Below are positions 47,460-57,008 of a DNA stretch of 64,000 nucleotides, piece after piece. Under the pieces are notes generated by a model. The model saw only the letters and a list, made by a program, of their open reading frames with translations, was not told where the DNA came from and ran no database searches. The stretch's first letter is position 1; each line of letters begins with the position of its first letter. The DNA comes from Geopsychrobacteraceae bacterium (GTDB taxonomy: Bacteria; Desulfobacterota; Desulfuromonadia; Desulfuromonadales; Geopsychrobacteraceae), in the NCBI GenBank assembly GCA_963676795.2, contig CAXXTB010000001.1, positions 352,001-416,000 of the forward strand. Direction: 5' to 3'. The translations under genes were made by a program, and so were the position numbers.

Positions 47460-48212
47460 CTACTCCCTGGCAGCCAGTTCGCCTTCAAGCCTGGTCAGTT
47501 CCCTTTGAATGCCGTCGATATGTTTGCGCATCGCCTGGGCCGCAGCTTGAGGGTTGCGGGCGGCGATCTGTTCGACGATTGCTGCATGCTGCCGGATCAG
47601 AAGCTGTTTTGAATCTTCGTCCATTGCAATATGCTGAATCCTCTGATCATGGATTTCATTAAAGACCTGCATGATGAGAACCAGCACCGGGTTTTGGGTG
47701 ATTTCGGCCAGGGCGATGTGCAGGCTCTGGTCATAATAGTTCTCCTCCTGCCCTTCGAGCAGGCTGGCTTTATGTCTGGCATGCAGGTTTTTCAGGCGTA
47801 CAATTTCCTCATCGGTCGCATTTTTAGCTGCTTCATAGGCAACCGAAGGTTCAAAAACCAGACGGGCCTGACGGATATGCTCCAGGCTCAGCTGGCCCAA
47901 CTGAAGCATGTCCTTGAAACCGGAGATCAGTGGTCCGGTATTGGCCGTATTGACGTAGGTGCCACCATATTTACCGGTCCTTTTAGTGACCAGACCAGCA
48001 TTTTCCAGGGCCCGCAGTGCTTCCCTGACACTTGAACGGCTGGCCTGAAAAAGTTCGCACAGCTCGCGTTCCGTTGGCAGTTTGTCGCCAGGTTTATAGT
48101 GCCCTTCAAGGATGGCAGATTTGAGCTGAAGTTCAACCTGGACGTGGGTTTTCTCATTCCTGACGCTGGCGAACAGCTGCTCTTGTTTTTTTATCGGACT
48201 AGTCTCGTTCAT
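47460..48212 (-). CDS. FadR/GntR-family transcriptional regulator
   Basis: KPGDKLPTERELCELFQASRSSVREAL...G..GGTYV, FCD domain. Overlaps the end of the Mo-enzyme gene. Confidence 0.94.
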   Translation of the reverse strand: MNETSPIKKQEQLFASVRNEKTHVQVELQLKSAILEGHYKPGDKLPTERELCELFQASRSSVREALRALENAGLVTKRTGKYGGTYVNTANTGPLISGFKDMLQLGQLSLEHIRQARLVFEPSVAYEAAKNATDEEIVRLKNLHARHKASLLEGQEENYYDQSLHIALAEITQNPVLVLIMQVFNEIHDQRIQHIAMDEDSKQLLIRQHAAIVEQIAARNPQAAAQAMRKHIDGIQRELTRLEGELAARE

Positions 48213-50256
48213 CTTTTTTGCAGATCTCACAACTGAAAATACGGTTCGGCGTGCCGCCGGATATCGGGTCGAAGCAGCTGTCGTCGGTCAGGTTATTGAT
48301 ATTGCCGCCACTGTCGGTCGGGTTGCCCCAGCCGAAATCGACCCATACGGAGCCAGGCGGTGTGTCTGTGCTCAGCTGCAGGGTGAAGGTTGCCTCGCCA
48401 CGGGCCGAGCGGGCAACAACCTGATCTCCGTCCTGCAGCTGGCGGCCTGAGGCTTCATCGGGGTGGAGGCGAGCCAGTGGCGCAGGGTAGCTCTTGGTCA
48501 GAGAGGCGCAGTTCCTGAACTTGGTGTGGACAAACTGCCCCGGGCGATAACTGCAGCCTGTGAGAGGATAGTCCTCACTGAGTGTTTCACGGGCCGGCGC
48601 GCTGTAGGCAGGGACCGGTGTCAGTCCCAGTTTTTTCAGTTTTGTCGAGTAGAGTTCAATCCGGCCTTGTTCGGAGCTGTAACCGAGCTGCTCAAATTTT
48701 TCATACTTCATCCCCGGTGTGACGGTCAAGACCTGAGCTTCTTTGAGTTTTTCAAAGCTGGCGCCGCAGGGCCTGAGCATGTGTTCGATCCAGCTGGTAT
48801 CGGAGCTAAAGGGGTAGTCCGTAGCGAGCCCCATGCGTCTGGCCAGTTCGTATTCAACGCTGAAGACCGAACGTGCTTCACCGACCGGCTCGGCCAGCGG
48901 GTTGGCCAGGGCGAGAAAACCGCCGTCAAGGCTCGAATAGGCCCGATAGCCGTAGCTTTCATAGGTCGAGGCCATCGGCAGAACCAGATCGGCAACTTCC
49001 GTGGTGCGGGTCGGGAAGATGTCGTTGACCATGACGAACTCAAGCGCCTCGAACAGCTGACGGGTTCGTTTTGTGTTGGCCTGGGTCAGAACCGGGTTGC
49101 CGTGCTGAACGATAGCGGCCCTGGGTCGGTCGGCATCACCGCCAAGAACCGATTCCTTGAAGGCGGGGAAGGGGACCTCGCCGAAGACAGAAAAGCGGTC
49201 GAACCAGGTGCGTTTTTGCACATCCGGCTTGATCATCGGCAGGGCGCTCTGCTGGGCAAAGGGCATGAAGATGTTGCCCCCCTTGACGTCCAGGTTGCCG
49301 GTCAGGCAGATCAGCAGGGCGATGGCGCGAACGCTCTCGACGCCGTTGGTGTACATGTCGAGACCGTTGCCTTCGTAGATGGTTGCCGGTTTTGTTGTGG
49401 CGTAGGTCCTTGCCAGGGCGCTGATCTGGGCTGCCGGAATACCGGTGATTTCGCTGGCCCACTGCGGCGTACAGGAGCTGACCTCGTCTTTGAGCTGAGC
49501 GAAGCCGCTGGTGTAGTTGGTAACAAAGTTCTGATCATACAGTTCTTCGGCGATGATGATCTGGATCATCGCCAGCGCGAGGGCGACATCGGTTCCGGGT
49601 TTGAGCTGAAGCCAGTGGTCGGTCGCTTTGACCGTAGCGGTCCGGTAGGGATCGATGGCGTAGACCGGGATATGCTTTTCCTTGAGCTTCGGCATGATCG
49701 AGCGGAAACCGTCATAGGCCGAATAGGCGGCATAGCGTTCCGATTCCAGCGGGTTGGTGCCCCAGAGAATGACCAGTCCGGTGTTGTCATAGTCCGGTTC
49801 GGGGCGAGGCAGGCCGAGGACGGTTTTGAAAGCGGTCATGCGTGGCACCATGCAGAGGTTGGCCGCACCGGTTAGGTTGGGTGAGCCGAAGGCGCCGGTG
49901 AATTGCAGGAAACCGTCACGGCATTCGTAGGAGACCGGTGCGCCGTTGATACGGATCAGGCTGGTCGGTCCGTATTTTTCCCTGACGCTGGTCAACCGTT
50001 CGGCGGCAAAATCGAGGGCCTCGTCCCAGGAGATCCGGGTGAACCCCGCCTTGGTCTTTTTCAGTGGGTGACGCAGGCGGTCTTTTGAATTGATGATATC
50101 TGGAATTGCCGCAGCCTTGGCACAGAGCCGCCCCCGGTTGACCGGGTGATCAGGATCTCCCTGGATTGATATGCTGCCCGTTTCATCGATAGTGGCGATG
50201 ATGCCGCAGTTGGTGTGACAGAATTGGCAGATAGAGCGGATCTGTTTCTTTTGCAT
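48199..50256 (-). CDS. Mo/W-bis-PGD (DMSO reductase superfamily) enzyme, acetylene-hydratase-like, cytoplasmic
   Basis: N-terminal CQFCHTNC...GRLCAK [4Fe-4S] motif, RISWDEALD, GSPN..AANLC (putative Cys metal ligand), PGTDVALAL, ADLVLP, C-terminal molydop-binding domain. No Tat RR signal. GGAG RBS before MQKKQ (50256). Confidence 0.9.
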   Translation of the reverse strand: MQKKQIRSICQFCHTNCGIIATIDETGSISIQGDPDHPVNRGRLCAKAAAIPDIINSKDRLRHPLKKTKAGFTRISWDEALDFAAERLTSVREKYGPTSLIRINGAPVSYECRDGFLQFTGAFGSPNLTGAANLCMVPRMTAFKTVLGLPRPEPDYDNTGLVILWGTNPLESERYAAYSAYDGFRSIMPKLKEKHIPVYAIDPYRTATVKATDHWLQLKPGTDVALALAMIQIIIAEELYDQNFVTNYTSGFAQLKDEVSSCTPQWASEITGIPAAQISALARTYATTKPATIYEGNGLDMYTNGVESVRAIALLICLTGNLDVKGGNIFMPFAQQSALPMIKPDVQKRTWFDRFSVFGEVPFPAFKESVLGGDADRPRAAIVQHGNPVLTQANTKRTRQLFEALEFVMVNDIFPTRTTEVADLVLPMASTYESYGYRAYSSLDGGFLALANPLAEPVGEARSVFSVEYELARRMGLATDYPFSSDTSWIEHMLRPCGASFEKLKEAQVLTVTPGMKYEKFEQLGYSSEQGRIELYSTKLKKLGLTPVPAYSAPARETLSEDYPLTGCSYRPGQFVHTKFRNCASLTKSYPAPLARLHPDEASGRQLQDGDQVVARSARGEATFTLQLSTDTPPGSVWVDFGWGNPTDSGGNINNLTDDSCFDPISGGTPNRIFSCEICKKDERD

Positions 50257-50290
50257 GTCAATCTCCTGCAAGGTCATATCTTCAAGGCAT

Positions 50291-50327
50291 GATGTCAGAC
50301 CATAGGAAATTCCCAAAACAAAGTCAA
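50291..50327 (-). promoter_or_regulatory. Sigma70-type promoter with FadR-type operator for the Mo-enzyme operon
   Basis: On the minus strand: TTGACT (50322-27), 17-nt spacer, TATGGT (50299-304). TATGGTCTGACATC overlapping the -10 resembles the FadR-subfamily TGGT-N3-ACCA motif. Confidence 0.6.
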
Positions 50328-50371
50328 ACGAAATTGTCGACGGTCAAATTATCAATACCGGTCTGGTAGCA

Positions 50372-51169
50372 CTATATTTCGAAGGTTTTCCCCGCACCGA
50401 GAACGTCAAAATGAGAGTGCGACCCGAGCTTGTCTTTCAGCACCTCGCAGGCTTCATCGCAGGTACAGTGCCCGGTCAGCAGATATTGCGCACCAAGTTC
50501 GGCGAAGTATTGGACAACCCTGGGAGTGTTCTGATCGACCTGGCGCAGGTGAAAGCCCCCGACAACGGCATGGACATGATCAATTCCGGTGATTCTGCGG
50601 GCATATTCAACGGTATTGCAGATGCCGGAATGGGCACAGCCGGAAATGACCACCAGTCCTTTGGGGGTGATAAAGGCCAGGGCGCCGTCGTCGACCAATT
50701 CATCGACGCTGCCGTCAGCCAGAACAGTCGGAAACTCTTTGGCTTCAAAATCGTGAAGGCGTGGGATGCCGGTCAGGAAATAGACATTATCGCTGATCAT
50801 AAGCGGGCTCTCGGTTTCGATCAGCTGATTATTCCGCTGCAGGGTCTCGCGACTGCTCGCCATCCCGTCGTATTTTCCGCTGAGCCTGGAGTAGCGCGGG
50901 GTGAAGCAGTTCGGGTGCAGGTAGATCCGGGCATCGCGAATCTGGTCGATGCCGTTGGCGTGATCATAATGGCCGTGACTGAGTGCGACGGTGTTGACTT
51001 GTGAGAGATCGATACCGAGGATTTTCGCGTTCTGTATAAAAATATCGGTTTGACCAAAGTCAAAAAGCAGCTGCCGACCGGAAAATTCGATGTGCATTGA
51101 CAGGCCATGTTCGGGAGTGCAGCGTTCATCGCCAGGTCTGTCATCAACCAGAACAGTAATCTTCATCAT
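50372..51169 (-). CDS. MBL-fold metallohydrolase
   Basis: EHGLS, LFDFGQ, LSHGHYDHANG, SGCAHSGI.N, GGFHL, GHCT. Confidence 0.9.
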   Translation of the reverse strand: MMKITVLVDDRPGDERCTPEHGLSMHIEFSGRQLLFDFGQTDIFIQNAKILGIDLSQVNTVALSHGHYDHANGIDQIRDARIYLHPNCFTPRYSRLSGKYDGMASSRETLQRNNQLIETESPLMISDNVYFLTGIPRLHDFEAKEFPTVLADGSVDELVDDGALAFITPKGLVVISGCAHSGICNTVEYARRITGIDHVHAVVGGFHLRQVDQNTPRVVQYFAELGAQYLLTGHCTCDEACEVLKDKLGSHSHFDVLGAGKTFEI

Positions 51170-51336
51170 CCGACTCCTTTGTACGGTTTTTTACAGTTAT
51201 AAGCCGAACGCATGGGATAATGCGAATATTTTGTTATTAAATTTTCAGTAAATGGAAGAGTCGGGCAATCTCGGTTTGTTATCTAAAGGGGTGTTTGTGG
51301 TTCGCAATAGGGGCTGGCATAGAACAGCAGAGACTG

Positions 51337-51750
51337 TCAGCTGATAAATTTCCCTCCCCGTGATTCCAGGTAGCTGCCGTATTTTTTATCGACTTCGACG
51401 ATATGGTTGAGAACCCAGCTGCGCAGAAAGGTCAGCAGGTTGGTTGCCATCTTCACCTTATCGACCGGCTCTGCCTTGATCTTCTCAAGTGAGGCTATCA
51501 GTTCCTGGTGCAGTTTTTTATGTTTGGGCAGGCCGAGAAAATTATACTCCTCCATCAGTTTCTCTTCATGTTGAAAATGATGGATCGTGTAATCTTCGAG
51601 CATGGCGAGCACTTCATCCAGGACTTCATCGCTGCGCTTGTCGCGAATAGCTTCGAAGAGCTGGTTGACCGCTTCAATCAGACGGCGATGCTCATTGTCG
51701 AGAGCGACGATCCCGGTTTCATAGACAGGTTTCCAGCTGATGGTAGCCAT
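51337..51750 (-). CDS. Stand-alone bacteriohemerythrin
   Basis: W...YETGI..LD.EH, HF.HEE..M, H...H, W...HI...D di-iron ligands. Confidence 0.93.
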   Translation of the reverse strand: MATISWKPVYETGIVALDNEHRRLIEAVNQLFEAIRDKRSDEVLDEVLAMLEDYTIHHFQHEEKLMEEYNFLGLPKHKKLHQELIASLEKIKAEPVDKVKMATNLLTFLRSWVLNHIVEVDKKYGSYLESRGGKFIS

Positions 51751-51764
51751 CTTTCAATCTCCCG

Positions 51765-52886
51765 TCAGGATTTTTGGCTTGCGGCAGAGGTTGAACGAAC
51801 GCAGTTTTTGCCATTTTCCTTGGCCAGGTAAACACCGCGGTCAGCATGTTTGATCAATTCCTCGGGCTGGACCATGTCAGCTGTCCTTTCAGCGACACCC
51901 AGGCTCAAACTGTAGTTCCACTGCTCAGCCGGAATCGGAACTTTTTGTGATGACATCTTATGATGAATCTGTTCAGCCAGATGCATGGCGCCCCTGATGT
52001 CGGTTCTCGGGCAGACGATCAGGAATTCATCCCCGCCGAGCCGGGAGAGCAGGTCATCGGTTCTGACCAGATGCTGAAGCTGTCTGGCCAGTTCGGCCAG
52101 AACCGCGTCGCCGATATCATGGCCATAGGTATCGTTGATCTCCTTGAATCTGTCGATGTCGATCATAATACAGGCCAGGGCATCGTTGCTATTCGATCCC
52201 TCCTGCCAGCAGTGTTTGAGCATGTCAAGGGCTTGGCGCCGGTTGGCCAGTCCGGTCAGAACATCGGTCATCGCCAGTTTTTCCAGCCGACGGTTGGCCT
52301 CGCCAAGGGCCCTGGTCCGCACTGTAACCTTATCCTCGAGGTTCTGGTTCAGTTCCTGGAGCTCCCGGTTTCTCTGAGAGACCTGTTTGAACAGGTGATT
52401 CAATGAACGCAGCAGCAGTTCTTTGGCGTTGTCCGGTTCCTTCTCGTTGGCGGCAAAGGCGGCGGCGGGGCTGATCCCTGAGGCGATCATGGCGGCCTGG
52501 CGACTCATGCTCAGGTCGGAACCGAGGATATGATAGATCAGCCAGTGCATCAGAAATTCAAAAAGATCTTTGCCCCTGTCTTCGCGGAGCACTTTGTCCT
52601 GGTTGAGCCTTACAACTTCATCGATAAAGCTCTTGTGTTCGCTATTATGATATTCGCAGTGACGGTTATCGACTCCCGCCCCCTTCATGACCTGTTCTTC
52701 GTCATGAAAGTGGTAACGGGTATAATCGAGCAGTTCGGTGAAAACCGTTTCAAGTTTTTCCTGATCCGGATCCTGTTGAGAGATCAACAGACCGAATTTA
52801 TTGGTGAGTTCGACAAGAAATCTATGCTGCTCATCGACATCAGCAATGCCGGTTTCGAAATTCTTTCCCCAGATGACGAGGTTCAT
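51765..52886 (-). CDS. Hemerythrin-domain diguanylate cyclase
   Basis: N-terminal hemerythrin (DEQH, HFHDEE, H..EH, HILGSD), coiled coil, DIDRFKEINDTYGH, RTDD I-site and GGDEF. Confidence 0.93.
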   Translation of the reverse strand: MNLVIWGKNFETGIADVDEQHRFLVELTNKFGLLISQQDPDQEKLETVFTELLDYTRYHFHDEEQVMKGAGVDNRHCEYHNSEHKSFIDEVVRLNQDKVLREDRGKDLFEFLMHWLIYHILGSDLSMSRQAAMIASGISPAAAFAANEKEPDNAKELLLRSLNHLFKQVSQRNRELQELNQNLEDKVTVRTRALGEANRRLEKLAMTDVLTGLANRRQALDMLKHCWQEGSNSNDALACIMIDIDRFKEINDTYGHDIGDAVLAELARQLQHLVRTDDLLSRLGGDEFLIVCPRTDIRGAMHLAEQIHHKMSSQKVPIPAEQWNYSLSLGVAERTADMVQPEELIKHADRGVYLAKENGKNCVRSTSAASQKS

Positions 52887-53017
52887 AGACTTGTCCTGGC
52901 AGATCATTGGCAACTTGTTCAGAATAGATATGCATCATTATACTCGAGAAGATCGCTATTTCAAATTGCTGGCCGGGTCGAACATTGTCAATGCAGTTTT
53001 GCTGAAAGGAACAGAAA

Positions 53018-53494
53018 ATGATCATGTTGCGTGGTTTGCTGGTTTTCGGGCTGCTGATGGTGCTGACCGCCTGTGCCTCCTTTCTGCCGGTCTTTGAAGA
53101 GCCCGGGGTCAGTCTGACCGGGGTCAGGGTTTTGCCCGGCAACGGCATTGTGCCGAATTTCGAATTCGATCTGCATATCACCAATCCGAACGGGATAGCA
53201 CTGAACCTGAAAGGTCTGTCTTATAGGGTTGAACTGGAAGGAGAACCGATTCTGAGCGGGGTCTCCCGGGCGTTGCCGCAGATCGAAGCCTACGGGGAAG
53301 GGGACATCACCCTGAGCGCCAGCCCCGATCTGATCAGCACCATGAACCTGTTCAGTAAACTGTTCAGACAATCGCGCCAGCAGGTCGGGTTCAGACTGGA
53401 GGCGGTGCTCGATGTCGGCGGGATCATGCCGAAGATCCGTATCGAGAAGAGCGGAACTATCAATCTGAGATCAGAAATTACAAATTTGAAATAA
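53018..53494 (+). CDS. LEA_2/WHy-domain lipoprotein
   Basis: Lipobox LTAC, P.VSL, ITNPN..L...GLSY. Confidence 0.82.
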   Translation: MIMLRGLLVFGLLMVLTACASFLPVFEEPGVSLTGVRVLPGNGIVPNFEFDLHITNPNGIALNLKGLSYRVELEGEPILSGVSRALPQIEAYGEGDITLSASPDLISTMNLFSKLFRQSRQQVGFRLEAVLDVGGIMPKIRIEKSGTINLRSEITNLK

Positions 53495-53532
53495 CACAAG
53501 AGCCCGTCGCGCGAGCGACGGGCTCTTGTGTT
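53493..53532. terminator. Long hairpin between convergent genes, probable bidirectional terminator
   Basis: AACACAAGAGCCCGTCGC-GCGA-GCGACGGGCTCTTGTGTT (18-bp stem, GNRA loop). Confidence 0.8.
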
Positions 53533-54683
53533 CAAGGAGCCATGGTGAACTTGCCGTCCTTGACCTGAACCATGACCATCGAATCGGTGGTCAGGCCGTT
53601 GTGGTCTTCGGCGGTCAGGTTATAGGTACCGGAGATACCGACATAGTTCTTGGTGTTCTCGATCGCGGCACGCAGGGCTTCAGGCTCGGTGCCGACCTGC
53701 TTGATAGCGTTGGAGATCAGCATGATCGCATCCCAGGCATAGCCTGAGTGGGTGTTGATCGGGAACTGTTTGTCGTAGCCCTTTTCCTTGTAGAGCTTGA
53801 TGAATTCCTGGATGACCGGTTTCTGCGGATCGTTGTCGGACAGTTCATCGGCAACCATCAGCTTGGTGGCCGGCATGCGGTCCCCTTCGCTGGAGGTTCC
53901 GGCCAGCTCGATATATTTCGGATCGGGCAGGCCGTGGCACTGGAAGAGCGGGATATCGATACCGAGCTGGACCTTGTTTTTGGCGATGATCGAGCCGGCC
54001 GGGCCGGTCGTCCAGGCCAGGATCGCCTGCGGGTTGCTGTTCTTGACCTTGGTCAGCTGCGAGGTCATATCGGTGTCGCGGTTCCCGAAGGATTCCTCGG
54101 CGATCAGTTCGATACCGTATTGCGGGGCCAGCTCCTTCATCCAGCGCGCGCCGTCCTTGCCGAAGCCATCGGTCCCGGCCATCAGTGCGACCTTGGTCAG
54201 TCCCTTTTCCTGCAGATAGATGAACATCCGCTCGACGGCGGTCTGGGAGCGTTGCGGGGATTTGAAGATCCATTTGAATGAGCCGAATTTGCCGCCCATT
54301 ATGACCGGGTCGCCGCCGACGGTCATGACGATCGGGATCTCGGCCTTGTCGGCGATCCCCTTGACGTTCATGCCGGTGTCGGTGAGGGTCGGGCCGATGA
54401 TGGCGACAACCTTGTCCTTGTAGATGAATTTCTTGGCGATGGAAGCAGCCTTGGCCGGGTTCCCCTCGGTGTCGCCGATTTCAAGTTCCAGCATCTTGCC
54501 GTTGATGCCACCTTCGGCGTTGATCTTGTCTACGACCATCTCAGCAACCAGCTTGGTCGGGGTGCCGATGAACGAGGCCCGACCGGACAGGTCGAAGAAG
54601 GCCCCGATCTTGATCGTATCGGCGGCCATGGCTGCCGAGGACAGCAAAGTCAGAACGGAAACGAGTGCAACGATGAATCTCAT
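53532..54683 (-). CDS. HAAT/branched-chain-type ABC transporter substrate-binding protein (probably aromatic acids)
   Basis: Signal peptide, IKIGA...LSG, INAEGGING, AIIGP, DTDMTSQL, AWDA, DHNGL. GGAGAGG RBS. Confidence 0.92.
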   Translation of the reverse strand: MRFIVALVSVLTLLSSAAMAADTIKIGAFFDLSGRASFIGTPTKLVAEMVVDKINAEGGINGKMLELEIGDTEGNPAKAASIAKKFIYKDKVVAIIGPTLTDTGMNVKGIADKAEIPIVMTVGGDPVIMGGKFGSFKWIFKSPQRSQTAVERMFIYLQEKGLTKVALMAGTDGFGKDGARWMKELAPQYGIELIAEESFGNRDTDMTSQLTKVKNSNPQAILAWTTGPAGSIIAKNKVQLGIDIPLFQCHGLPDPKYIELAGTSSEGDRMPATKLMVADELSDNDPQKPVIQEFIKLYKEKGYDKQFPINTHSGYAWDAIMLISNAIKQVGTEPEALRAAIENTKNYVGISGTYNLTAEDHNGLTTDSMVMVQVKDGKFTMAP

Positions 54684-54899
54684 GAAACCTCTCCTTTCAA
54701 AGCAAAAAAATCAGTAGAAACAGAATTGGAAAATTTCTAAGCCTGCTGAATATGAAGCGAAACCGGCAAAAAATCAAATCCTATCCGTTTATACGGAAAG
54801 CAACGCATAAAATCAGGAGGAGACTTCCGCTTTGACAAGACGATCAGGTCCGAATCGTTTATACTCAACCAACCCTAACCTGCAATGACGGAGACTGCC

Positions 54900-55154
54900 A
54901 TGCACAGAGATGAGAAGATCAAAGTCGAAACCGAATCCGGCCAGTTGATAGAAGTGACAGTGACCAGCTTTCATCCCGACGCCATCTGGATTCTGGTTGG
55001 AGAGGGGCCTCACAGCAGCAAATGCAAACTGCTGCCGACCGGCAACGGTCTGGCCTACGCCGGTAGTATCATGGGGCGCGAGCTGATCTATCCAAAGACT
55101 GTCAAACAGGTCAGGGAATTGTGCTCGGCTGCAAGTCAGGGGCACAGGCGTTGA
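54900..55154 (+). CDS. Small hypothetical protein
   Basis: GGAG RBS before MHRDEK; globular-looking sequence with GEG.HS..C.L.PT.NG.AYAGS.MGRE. Confidence 0.65.
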   Translation: MHRDEKIKVETESGQLIEVTVTSFHPDAIWILVGEGPHSSKCKLLPTGNGLAYAGSIMGRELIYPKTVKQVRELCSAASQGHRR

Positions 55155-55316
55155 GCCGTCCAGATAGGGACCCAAAGACAATGATCCTAACTTGTCCGAG
55201 TGGCAGACCGGTACAAGATTGATGACCATGAAAACCTCCTTTCCTCTGCGACAGGCGTGCGGTTTTTTTCCTGAGCGCTACAATTTAAGAGAGCCTTATT
55301 GAGAAAGGGAGCCGCT

Positions 55317-56150
55317 ATGAAGAATCTTCTCTTGGCAATCGATTTCTCGTCTGAAGCTGACCGTGCCCTGACCCGAGCGATCAATCTGGCTGCGGCTCAG
55401 TTTGCTGTTCTTCATGTTGTCTATGTCTCCCCCCCGGGCGAAGGCATGGCCGAGGGTGAGCTGCGGCTCAGCCGTTATCTGGCGGGTCATACTGAACACA
55501 GGAGCATAGCTCACGAAGCCAAGGTTGTTGCACACAATGATATCAGCGAAGCGATCCTCACCCGGGCCGAGGAGGTTGCTGCCGGGCTGATTATCATGGG
55601 CATGCATCGCAAGACAACATTGCGTGACCTCTTTACCGGGACCAATATTGACAGGGTCATACGCAGGGGCAGCCGGCCGGTCCTGATGGTCAGGCATGCC
55701 TGCTCAAATGCTTATCAGCAGGTTCTGGTCGGCAGCGATTTTTCTCCCTCAGCCGATGCTGCGCTGGAACTGGCCCTTGAGCTGGCCGAGACGGGGAATA
55801 TTCACCTGATGCACGCCTTCAATATTCCCGATACCTACATCGGTGACAAGATCGAGCAGTATGCCGGAGATGTTATCGCGGTCAACGAAAAGCGTAAAAT
55901 GGAGAGCTTTCTCGAAGAGAAGCGCGAGATGATCATCGCCAGCCACAGGGAGCTGGCCGGTGTGCATGTCCGGGTCGAACAGGGGGCCGCCTACGAATCC
56001 CTGCTGGCCGAGGCGGATGCTATTTCCGCCGACCTGATCGCCATCGGCGCTCACAGCGGGGCGAATTTTTCTCCGTTCAAGATTGGCGGGACAACTCATG
56101 ATATTCTGGTCAATCCGCCCTGCGATGTGCTGATCGGCATCCCGTGCTAA
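55317..56150 (+). CDS. Universal stress protein (tandem USP domains)
   Basis: LLAIDFS, LIIMG...GT, VLVGSDFS, LIAIG....GGTT...PCDVL. Confidence 0.92.
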   Translation: MKNLLLAIDFSSEADRALTRAINLAAAQFAVLHVVYVSPPGEGMAEGELRLSRYLAGHTEHRSIAHEAKVVAHNDISEAILTRAEEVAAGLIIMGMHRKTTLRDLFTGTNIDRVIRRGSRPVLMVRHACSNAYQQVLVGSDFSPSADAALELALELAETGNIHLMHAFNIPDTYIGDKIEQYAGDVIAVNEKRKMESFLEEKREMIIASHRELAGVHVRVEQGAAYESLLAEADAISADLIAIGAHSGANFSPFKIGGTTHDILVNPPCDVLIGIPC

Positions 56151-56223
56151 TATTATCAATCGCGGAGTAACGGGACACACATTGGGTTGCGCATCAGGCA
56201 GGAACATCTTAAGATCGTCTATA

Positions 56224-56244
56224 CCCTCTCCTTCAGGGAGAGGG
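56224..56244. repeat. Truncated BoxC-like hairpin
   Basis: CCCTCTCC-TTCAG-GGAGAGGG, same core as the repeats at 61.2 and 63.1 kb. Confidence 0.6.
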
Positions 56245-56288
56245 TTTAATTTTGTTGATCCTGTCATGACGAGAGCAGAGATTTAAAC

Positions 56289-57008
56289 ATGAAGCCAATC
56301 TATATCATCAAGACCGGAACCACCTTTCCGGCCATCGTCCAGGAATACGGCGATTTTGACCAGTGGACGCTCAAGGCCCTGGGGCCGACCAGATTGCCGC
56401 TCGAAGTGACCGACGTCAAGAGGATGCCGGAACAACTGCCCGCAGCCGCTACTTGCGCCGGGGTTGTCATCACCGGTTCGCATGCCATGGTTACCGATAA
56501 TCTTGACTGGAGCCTTCGTTTGGAAGCCTGGCTGCGTACCTTGGTTGAGGCGCAGGTCCCGATTTTCGGCATCTGCTACGGTCATCAGCTGCTGGCCCGC
56601 GCCTGCGGAGGCGTCGTCGCTTACCACCCGCTGGGCAAGGAGATCGGCACGGTCGATGTCGAACGTCTGGCGGAGAGTGATAACGACCCGATTTTCAGCG
56701 ATCTGCCGTCAGTCTTCAGCGCGCATACGACCCATTCCCAGTCGGTGCTCGAGCTGCCGCCGGGCGCGGTGCTGCTGGCAAGCAATAGCTACGAAGCGCA
56801 TCATGCCTTTCGCCTTGGTTCCTGCGCCTGGGGGGTGCAGTTCCATCCCGAATATCACTGCGACCACATGCGCCTCTATGTGCAGGAGCAGGCTGAAGAC
56901 CTGTGCGGCAACGGCATGGATATTCGGGCGATCCTGGATTCGATTTGCGAAACGCCCGCTGCGGTACAGCTGATCCGGAATTTTACCCGTTATGTCGAAA
57001 GCCGCTGA
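56289..57008 (+). CDS. Class I glutamine amidotransferase-like protein
   Basis: VITGS, GICYGHQ, HSQSV, GVQFHPE catalytic triad. Confidence 0.92.
   Translation: MKPIYIIKTGTTFPAIVQEYGDFDQWTLKALGPTRLPLEVTDVKRMPEQLPAAATCAGVVITGSHAMVTDNLDWSLRLEAWLRTLVEAQVPIFGICYGHQLLARACGGVVAYHPLGKEIGTVDVERLAESDNDPIFSDLPSVFSAHTTHSQSVLELPPGAVLLASNSYEAHHAFRLGSCAWGVQFHPEYHCDHMRLYVQEQAEDLCGNGMDIRAILDSICETPAAVQLIRNFTRYVESR

Noticed and set aside
54832..54865. TTGACA ... TATACT as a promoter
   Set aside because: The 22-nt spacer is too long for sigma70, even for MerR-type promoters.
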